Source: the human T2T-CHM13v2.0 reference genome, Homo sapiens. Taken from it: a stretch of 64,000 bases of DNA. The DNA lies in the NCBI RefSeq assembly GCF_009914755.1, contig NC_060925.1. The stretch is one strand, 5' to 3'. Below are positions 54,599-64,000 of the stretch, in pieces (the stretch's first letter is position 1; each line of letters starts with the position of its first letter). Below the pieces are notes generated by a model. The model was not told the origin of the DNA. It worked only from the letters and a program-made list of their open reading frames with translations, and ran no database searches. Made by a program: the position numbers and the translations under genes.

Positions 54599-55344
54599 TG
54601 TAATTGCCTGACAGGTTCTTCCGGCCCTGCTGCACAAACAAAACCAGTTTGCTGAGACTGTGGTGTCGCAGTAAAGACAGCGTTTAATGAATGCTAGGCT
54701 AGCCAGACAGAAGACAGAGTTGTTACTCAAATCAGCCTCCCTGCAGGCTTGGAGGTTACAGTTTTTCAAGGTGGGCAGGGGACTAGGGAATGGGTGCTAT
54801 TGATTGGCTGGGAATGCTGTGGACCATGGAAAATGGTCTTCCTGTGCTGAGTGGGGCCACAGCACTGGTTGAATTATGAGCCATTAATCTGTGGTCAGTA
54901 GGTCATCAGAATGCAAAAGTATGGAAAACTTCTCAAAAGACCAATCAGGTTGGTATTTTCTATCGAGGAAGTCACAAATAGGAGCAATTGGGGAAGTCAC
55001 AAATCTTGTGGCCTCTGGCCACATGACTCCTGAGTAGTAAGGGAATATAGAAACTATGCCTACACATTAGGAGACCTCAGGCCCCTCCCATAATCCAAAT
55101 CTTGTGGCCTTTCATTAATCTCACAAAGGCAGTTTCAACCCCCAAACAAGGAGGGGATCCATTTTAGAGAGGAACTACTATCATCCTTGCTTCAAAGTTA
55201 AACTATAAACTAAATTCTTCCCATGGTTAGTGTGGCCTATGCCCAGGACTGAGTGAGGACAGCCAGCCTGGTAGGCTCGAAGCAAGATGGAGTCAGTCGT
55301 GCCAGATTTCTCTCACTGTCATAATCTTGACAAAGGCAGTTTCC
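54599..55344 (-). mobile_element. LTR8A/LTR8B-like ERV1 solo LTR
   Basis: aagttaaactataaactaaatt...gaagcaagatggagtcag...tttctctcactgtcataatctt...aaaggcagtttc; 4-bp TSD AATC. Confidence 0.8.
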
Positions 55345-55934
55345 AATCTAAGAGCATGTGTGTTCCTCTTATCAGATTACCCTGGGCTTTAAGCTCAGCT
55401 GGAAAATCCCCACCATTCTCACCCAAGTAACAGGTGCATGGGAGCCTGGGAGGAAACCCAGCTGGCTCCATAAAGAGATCACCTTGTCTCTACACATCTC
55501 CACTTGCTGGGAGTTACGTTTGTGAGCTCATTACATCACCATTATGATCCTCAGGACCATCTGCCCGATGCAGCGGCTGCAAGTCAGGAGAGGCTGTGTC
55601 AAGGAGATTCATGCGGTGACCTTCATTGAGAGCCTGCCCATGACAGGCACTGGGAACATGGCAATGAGCACAGCATCCCTCATCCTGCTTGCATGGATGC
55701 TCCATGCTAATGGAGGGAGGCAGATGATGGCACGTTAACAACCACATAAATATTATTTCCTGTAGTAGGGTAAGGGACTTCAAAACTGCATTTAAAAATG
55801 TAGACTAGCAATCATTGAAACAGGATTTATGAGGACATGATCAGAAGTGCCATGGGAATGCAGCATTCAGAGATGCTCGATATGCAAGCATCTTCTCTTA
55901 AAGACCTGGTGGTCTAACTGGTGAGCAAGTAGAA

Positions 55935-56505
55935 TGTGTGCATGCACACACACACACAAAACCATGTGTGAACATATGCATATACTTTTACATGCACACA
56001 CCCCAACATACACACATACACACATGTACATAAACGTGTATGTTTATAAAGTGAACTTGGAATCAGAGCCTGGGCCAGTCTGTCCCAAGCAGCAGATCTG
56101 TCTCTCCACACTGACAAATTCTGATCGGTGATTGACACTTACATACACACACAAACACTGAATACACAAGGCACATGCACACACGTATACACATACACAC
56201 ATGCAAGTACATATATACACATGCATGCAGATACTATACATGCAACTATGCATGCATACACATATACTTATGCACACATACAAATACACATGAATATATG
56301 CAGACATGTTCATGATCCACATGCATGTGCACAAATATACACACACACATAAGCTCTCACACAGTGCATATGAACATACACATGTGCCTATACCCCACAC
56401 ATGAGTACAGATGCATACAAATACATGAAAATATACATGTACATGGTACACATACACATACACAAATATCTACAAATTCACATGTACACACTTGCACACA
56501 CAGAC
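55935..56505. repeat. (CA/TA/TG)n purine-pyrimidine low-complexity tract with an embedded 94-bp insertion
   Basis: cacacatacacatgcat... on both sides of 56043-56136. Confidence 0.9.
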
Positions 56506-56845
56506 ATATTTTCATTGCAAATAAAGGGGGATCTATATTTAGCTCCTGGATCATGAATGCATGCTCCAGGGTCCTCTCTTTCACTGTCATTCCACCATCT
56601 ACCACCAGCGAGCCCCCATCTGGATAAATGTCCTCTGGCCTCTCCCTGGCCTGTCTGCTGACATCTGAGCATCCACACTAAGGTGACTCTAGCTGACAGA
56701 CAGCCGCCGCTGACAGGAGCTGAGCAGCCCAGGCATCATGTTGGGCTCCGAGTCAACCACCGGTCAGAATTTGTCAACGCTGAGAGACAGATCTGCTGCT
56801 TGGGACAGACTGGCCCAGGCTCTGGTTCCAAGTTCACTTTATAAA
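56043..56845. repeat. 94-bp inverted repeat pair (56043-56136 and 56752-56845)
   Basis: Manual alignment gives 87/94 identity; the peptide YKVNLE.EPGPVCPKQQICLS.LTNSDR appears on opposite strands in the ORF track. Confidence 0.95.
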
Positions 56846-57587
56846 TCCCTGCTTCATAAACTGACCTTTGACTGACAGTGTTATACTGAGTAACTGTGTG
56901 GAGATAACCTGCCAAAATATTATCCTTGGCACTGTCCCCCAGAGAGATGAATGTGCCATTTGCTGAACCCTGACTGCTGAGGCAGCATTTGCTCTGGAGG
57001 GAAAGTCGCTTTTTATTTATTAGCCTAAAAAAATTATATGCCTGCATTAAGAGGACTCCAAGCAAGCCTGGCAGATTAGAAATGCACGTTCATTCATTTG
57101 TCCATCCATCCACCCCTTAATTTATACACTGTTAGTGGTGAGATCATAAATAGACTTAAACACACTTAGATAAGCACAGCCCAAAAAGAAAGAGGTATGT
57201 ACGTGAAATGTGCGTGTTCCATAGGCTCATTTGATTATGACCAAGCTAACCTATATAACTGTGTGATGTCTGTGATATTGAAAAACAGGACATGAACATT
57301 GAAGACCAAATGGCTTGGGAGGCAGGTTAGTGGCAGCTTATGAATCTCCATAGGATTGTAGTTTGTCTCTCTCGAATAATCATCCAATTGGAACTTCACA
57401 GCAGCTTTGTCAAAACTGCAGAGACATGGGGGGGTCAGGCCCAAACACAGCACCTGGTATACTGAAGGTGCTTCATAAGTACTCGTTGGATAAATGAAGG
57501 GGAATGAAAGAGAAACACCCAAGCTAGGGTGAATTAGGAGAACGCTAAATACTTTATCCCGGATTTCATCTTCAGGGGCTTACAGAC

Positions 57588-57965
57588 TGTATCAGTTTTC
57601 CGTCTCTGTAAAACCAATTACCATGCATTTGGAGGCTTAAAACAACACACATTTATTTTCTCACAGCTTCTGTGGATCAGAAAAGCAGAGATGGCTTAGC
57701 TGAGCCCTGTGCTGTGGGACTCAGAGGCTGCAAACAAGGTGTCAGATGGGCTTTTTCATATGAAGGACTGACTGGGAATAAACCTGCATCCAAGCTTATT
57801 CCAGCTGTGTGTGGAATTTGCCTCCCTGTGGCTGTAGGACTGAGGCCCCAGCTTCTTGTTGGCTGTCGGCTGAGGCCCCGCACTGGTCCCAGAGGCTGCC
57901 CACAGTGCACTGCCATGTGGCCCCTTCACAGACTCTCAACACAGCAGACAGTTGGGTTTACCTCT
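57588..57965 (-). mobile_element. MLT1E/F-like LTR
   Basis: ggcttaaaacaacacacatttattttctcacag...ggctgcaaacaaggtgtc...gctgtaggactgagg. Confidence 0.75.
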
Positions 57966-58479
57966 AGACCAATTGTGCAGAAAAGATGACAATCCCAGAA
58001 CCTGGAGCTCAGGGCCCCACCATGAGGCCCCTAGGCAGGCTAAGAGACTAGGCTTGACATAACCAGGCTCCAGGGAGGCCCCAGACTCATACCTGAGCCT
58101 CACACCTATTCCTGCCCTCTAGCCACAGGGAGCTGGGAGCCTCACCTGCAGGGAGGGAGGAGTGATGACAGACAACCTGCGACTGGCCAGCTGCCCTCGG
58201 GTCTCACTGTCCTTCCGAGTCCATGTCTGCACCCTGCACCCTTATGAAGCCTCTTATGAAAACAAGGCAGGACAGAGAGTTTTTCAGTTTGGGCGATGGC
58301 AATGGCTTCCCCCAGACCTGCTGTGCTGGGCCCTACCTTTTCTAAGGGTCTTCTCAGACCCCAGCTGCCCACCACCCTGCTACACTGGGTCCTTGGTTCC
58401 TGGGAGTACTAAGACAGGTTGGAACTGTCAAAGGGAGCTTTTCTCAAAGGAAAGCCAAACTAACCACAACTATGTTCGC

Positions 58480-58720
58480 ATCTCGTATTGATGGAGCCAG
58501 GTGCCATTCCAGGCGCCGAGCACTTCGCTTCTCTCTTCAAACCCATGGTGTTGTTTAATTCACACAACAACCTTGGGATGAAATTTCTGTCCATTTCCAC
58601 ATTGCTCTGGTAAGAAAGCTGAGGCTCAGAGAGGTCTGTGCCACCCACAGCGGGTCACTGTCAGCGCCGTCTCGAGACCACTTGGGGTCTAGAGCCCATG
58701 CATGATCCTCATTGCTACTT
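58480..58720 (-). mobile_element. MIR
   Basis: tttaattcacacaacaaccttggga...gctgaggctcagagagg. Confidence 0.65.
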
Positions 58721-59899
58721 TGTAAGCTAGAGAAATGCATGTGGATCTTCCAAGGCAGTGGTCTGCCAGGCCCCCTACCTGCCCTACTACCCACCCGTGC
58801 CCTCTTCTCTTACCCTCACCCCAAGGGATGCCACCTCCTGTGAGTGCTGGCTGGCCTTGGCACCCCTGACACACTCATCCTCCACAACCCTCACTGAGCA
58901 CCTCTGAGAGCTGAGCACTCGCAGGGGCGGAGGCTGCTGCTGTCAACACAACGCACAGAGGCTGGACCTCCTGAAGGCTCTCTCGTGAGTCCTTTGTCCC
59001 TTCCTTCCTTCCTTCAATGTTTCTTGAGCATCCGTTAGATCCTAGAGTGGAGGGGCCAGTGGCCGTCCTGGGAACTGGGAAAGCAAATGGACAGTGTGAG
59101 TCCTGCTCTCAGGGGGCTCTGGCTGGTGGGGAGACAGATGCCAGAAAGGACTCACCCAGGCAGTGTGGAGTGGGGACGTATGAACGGAGCAGGGAGGGGT
59201 CTCAGGGCTGGGAGCTCTTGACAGCCACAACCCTGAGCCCTTCCTGAGCTCCTGCTTCCCATTGGAAGGAAAGGAATGATCCAGATGGCATCATGGACAC
59301 TATCCCTCCAACGGGCACATGGCTCCTCAAAACATGGCCTTATCCCCCCCAACCCCCACCCCCCATCGCCTCGACTTCCCACTGAAGTACTTGCCTACAC
59401 ACCATCCGAGGAGTCCCTGTATCCCCTGCAGACTCCCCACACACTCACTGCTTATACCCACTGCCACTTCCTTTCCTCTCTAGGGACCCCCTTGCTTCCT
59501 GGATGGCAGGTATCCAAGAGAGCCCTAGGATCAAAGCCCCACAGCCTTACCGTCCTATCCTTATCCTGGGCAATGGCGGTGGGGATGGCAAAATCCACCT
59601 GCTTTCTTGGCCTCCCAGGGAATGCTGCTTGGATCCGAATTCAGGGACAGTCTGGAGTAATTTGAACCCAAATGGAAGAAGGGCAGTCTTGATCTATTAT
59701 TTTTGCACTCACACTGTATTGCTCGGCTTCCATACTCATTTTACTCACCAGCCTAAGCTCCCAAGACTGTAACTTTTGGAAAGAGCAAAGGACAAAGGTC
59801 ACCACCTTTAAATTATTCAAAAATCTTCATTTGATCAATATCCATTCACTCCACAAATATTTATTGAGCAAATTATAGCAGCTTCTATGGGCTCTTCCC

Positions 59900-60330
59900 T
59901 AAGAGCAGTTACAAAGTGACTTAAAGCAATGGCAAGGCTTCTAATCACAAATATTCCATCAATAGGTCAAATCGTTCAAAAAACCATCTGTTCACTTTCA
60001 TAGCTACTGAAAATGCTCATTAAAATCCAACATTCATTTTTGATAAAACTCAGTAAGCTAAAAATGGAAGGATATTTCTGCCTCATGATAACAAATAGAT
60101 ATCTTAAGCCAGTGAGTGTTATATTTAATGCCCAGGGTTTTTTTTTAAAAAAAAAAAGTTAAATATTTAACTAAATATACAGAATTCTCCAAATTTTAAC
60201 AAATGGATTTTACAAATAAAATCCTATTAAAAGTCAATGGAGAAAACAGCATTCAATTTTTCATTTCTGTGTTTGGGGGTGATAGGTGATTTCTGTACGT
60301 TTTCTAAATTATCTTCAGTTGTTTTAAAAT
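59900..60330 (+). mobile_element. Old L1 fragments
   Basis: aaaatccaacattcatttttgataaaactc...aaaatggaagga is ORF2-like. Confidence 0.5.
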
Positions 60331-62100
60331 CAGCTCTAGATTACTAGCATGTAAGAGACCCTTTAGAGATGGGGCAGTCCAGTCTCTTCACTGCATGGGT
60401 GTGAGGGAAGAGGGTGACTGGCTGCAGCAAGGACAGGCCTGGCCAATCGGGAGGGGCAGAGAGGACACACATGTTGGCTGAAGGTTTGGGTCCATTTGGA
60501 CTCCTAAGTGGCCGTGAGATGGCACCATTCCCTGGCCTGGTCCTCTGTACAAGAGCCCTTCTGAAGGCCAGATCAAGAGTCAATGACCTAAGTGGGCCTT
60601 TCCTGTGGAGCAAATATTTCACTCCCTCTTGCCGTGTCCCAGTGACATGCAGAGGCTTTGCGTGTGCAGGGAGTGAGCACACGTCAGCCCCGGAGGCAAT
60701 TTAGTTAATGTCATTGGATTGCTGTCTCTACGGGATTAATTCCAGGCCTTCTGACAGATGCTCACTCAGACTGTTTCTCACCAGAGTCCTCAGTCACACA
60801 TCTTGTTATAATCGTGTCATCTGGGTGACACCGTGGTAACCCTGCACTGCGACGATGCAGTTTCCTAGGTCATCGTATTACACATCAGGTCAAATCAGCC
60901 AAGCACTGCCCGTGTGTGGTCCATACCTGTGTCCAAACTTAAGGTCCCCAGACTAAAACCTCCATCCCACTCCTGTCCACAACTATGCCATTGAGGGAGC
61001 CAGCAGGGAATAAAAGTCCAGAGATGGGCAATGAGGAAGCACCTGGGAATCTGGGAGCTGGGCAGCAGCTCCTCTGAGCACGTGGAGTATCTGAGCTGTG
61101 GTCACCATTGGGACCATGATGCCACTGGCTGATTCATCAAAATGACCGGTTCATGGTCAGCCCCTCCCCTGCCTTCCCATGAAGGCTAAATGGAAAAACG
61201 AGAGTTAAACAAATGCTGATTCTCCTACCACCCCTCGCCTAGACCCCCGTGCAGCCAGCCAGGGATGCCACAGAGCCAGGTCATTGTTGCTGACGAACAT
61301 GTGAGCTCTAGACGAGGCAGGGTCTGACCACAGAAACAAAACACATGCCAGGTCTTTGGATTGAGAAAGCTGATTATGGGAGATGGCTGGAATGTTGTGA
61401 GCAGAGCTGAATGCACAACTAGAGAAAGAAGCTTGCCCCGAGACTGGCCGCTGTAGGAAGCTGCTGCTACCCCCAGGACTGGATGGACAAAGGCCAGGGG
61501 TATTCTTACTGGAGTACAGAGAAGCAGGAGAGACGCCCTGGACCTTCTCTTCTTCCCACCCTCCCATCTCCCACAGTGGCTCTCACTGGACAGCTGGCAT
61601 CCGGATGACAAGGAAGTCTGGGGAGTTTCGTCTGCAGGCGGCGACTCCCTCCCCACCGCCCAGAGCAAACTCAGAATGAACAGGAAGGGATCGGTGCTAC
61701 AAGCAAAATGGCCAACACAAGTTACTTAACAATACATTGTTTACCACAATACCCATTAGATTCTAAATGGTGCCATGCTGACTGTAAGGTAACAGAAGTC
61801 CAGAGGAGGACAGAGAATTTTACGGGTAAGAACTTTCTGGGGCATTCTCCTAGAGAAGAAGACACTAGAAGACCAAGTCCTGCTGTCAATCAAGAAGAAA
61901 AAAGATTAGGAAGAGTTAGAACCCACCCCGCCCTCCAACCTTCATCGGTATCTCCCAAACTGACCTGTCTACTGAACCCAGTAGCAATAGAAGGCCTCCT
62001 GGGTTACTTTAGTTTTGGATTAGGGGGGTCAAAATCCTCCTCTTAGAAATTTTCCTATGCACGTTGATTTTCATCTGTGAAACGGAATGATAGCACCTTC

Positions 62101-62158
62101 AGGAGCCACTGCATACCACCTCATGAGTGAGGAGTCACTGCATACTACCTCATGAGTG
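62101..62158. repeat. 29-bp tandem duplication
   Basis: aggag(c/t)cactgcatac(c/t)acctcatgagtg twice, 2 mismatches. Confidence 0.9.
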
Positions 62159-64000
62159 CTGCCCTTTGCAACTCCGGGAGCCCATTCCTGAGACTACCCC
62201 CAGGTCCAGTGAGGTGGAGCTGAGAGCAGACATAGCCCAGCCCCCTGCAGTCTCCACAGCCTGCTTTGCACCAGTGGGGTGACCCTGACAATTGGGCAAA
62301 GTGATGACTCCCTGCTTCCATCACATGAGCTCCCCTTAAAATCAGGACCTAGACTGAACTAGGTGTGCTTACCACCTAGAGGCAGGAGCTGAAGGAGGAG
62401 CCCCTATCTCTGGACAGGGAAACCAGAAAGAGAGCCCAGAAGGGCTGGACACCCCAACTCCCACCCCTTCCCCAGAGCTCAACAGTCAGATGTCCTGGAA
62501 GAGGGCAATGGCAATGTTCCCAACACATCAAAAAAACAGTAAAATACTGCTATTTTATGGGTCCAACAGGAAGACCGAGAGAAGAAGAAACTGTGTCCCC
62601 AGGAGCCTCCTGGGCAGCTCTCAATGACATAGAATGGCCATTCTTCGTCAGCACCTACCTGATAGGTCGAATGTTCTGACTCATTTTTGGCCAAGCTCAC
62701 CACATTTTAGGAAGTTTCCTCCCTGGATTTCAGGCCTCCTTGGATCCGAGAGGGAGCTGCGTTGCAAGGAAAGATAGCTCGTACATTTGTATCTGCATTT
62801 AAAACAACTCCCAAGGGGTTAAAATCCAATTACCGCCTGAATGGAACTCTGCTTCTCCATTCTCAATTAATTACCAGCACTCCCATTTTGCACCTCTTAT
62901 TTCTTCCCTTCACATTTTCCCAGAATACGAAAATTGCTGTGCAAATCATTTTAGTTGAGAAAAAGAAGTGGGTAAAGATATTTATCTTGGGTTAAGGAGG
63001 TCAGCTCCACATCCTGTTGGAGTAGGAGGGATGGTCCATGATCCACAGGCGTGGACGTGGAGAAAATGGGAAGCAAGGAGACCTCAAGGCAGGGACTGCC
63101 CTGGTAACAGACCCCGCGGAGATGGGTTTCTAGTCTGTGCATCAGGAGACTCAGAAAGGCAAGGATAAACACTATTGCTCCAGAAGCAGGAAAATGGCGG
63201 AAGACAGTGAAGCATGGGCTCTGCTGCATCTCTGTCCTAGGCTTTGGAATGCAGCACCGGGCTGTCCTCACAGACTTCACCTCCTACTTACTCTTTGTTC
63301 AAGCTAACGCAAGTGTGAGTTCTGCTCCCTGAGCACACACTGGCTGATGCGTTGAAGCAGGCCACCTGGCAGGGGAAGCTTCTGGGGTGAAAAGTGTGCC
63401 AAGAATAGCCCGTCAAGGGCAAGCATCACGTAGAGAGGATCAATAATCCACTGGCCGCAAGTCCCGCTCCTCCTTGTGTCTGCAGAGTAGAGGGGAAGGG
63501 TGGTCAGTGAGGTCACAAAAGACAAAGAAAGGATGGGGCGTCTGGGGCAGGTGTGGACGACTTTCCTAAGTCAGGAACATGGCGCTGGTGAAAACTCAGG
63601 AGGTTCTCTCGGGAGAACTGACGACCACATTGCCAGGCACTCAGCACACAGGCAATCAGCACCAGCTCTCTGGAACATCTCAGCGTAGGAGCTGCAAGAC
63701 AGGCATGCCCGGGTCTGTCTTCTACGACAGACCCAGGGCACAGCCCAGCCACATTCAGCCACAGGCACACAGGAGCTCTCTCCTCCAGGGATGGGAGTAG
63801 ATGGGAAGTGGATTCCTGGCCTTGGGTTTCTCCTTGTCTCTGTGGTTTGAGAACATAAGATTCTCACTTTCCCAGAATCCCTGGCTGGACAACTGGTCTT
63901 TCCAAGAGTCTGGATGAGGGATGAGCCAAGGGAAGGAAATGAGATGGAAGAGAAATAACCTCCAGGGGGCCAATCGGATCTAGGATTCTCCGGGGCAACT

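Noticed and set aside
55914-56678. His/Thr- and Cys/Val-rich ORFs
   Set aside because: Translations of the CA/TG low-complexity tract.

Overview
Primate (probably human or great ape) genomic DNA, judged from AluJ/S/Y, THE1, MER41, LTR8 and MADE1-type elements. It looks intergenic: I can support no protein-coding gene, RNA gene or CRISPR array, and the ORF-track entries I inspected are Alu, simple-repeat or chance ORFs. The window is a mosaic of old L1M, L2 and MIR, 12 Alus, DNA-transposon relics and about 20 solo LTRs in both orientations, densest at 31-58 kb and often nested. Repeat subfamily names come from remembered consensus sequences and need RepeatMasker/Dfam confirmation. The most notable structures are: (1) a 34-copy 30-bp VNTR at 14901-15920 that appears to have expanded from inside an L2; (2) a 94-bp inverted duplication of apparently unique DNA (56752-56845) copied into a CA/TA tract (56043-56136); (3) a 23-bp tandem array of overlapping ETS-CRE motifs at 30033-30154; (4) a 550-bp segment bounded by inverted repeats at 25584-26134; (5) several small template-switch-type rearrangements. 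I see no evidence for a new multi-gene biological system; these are structural and regulatory candidates.
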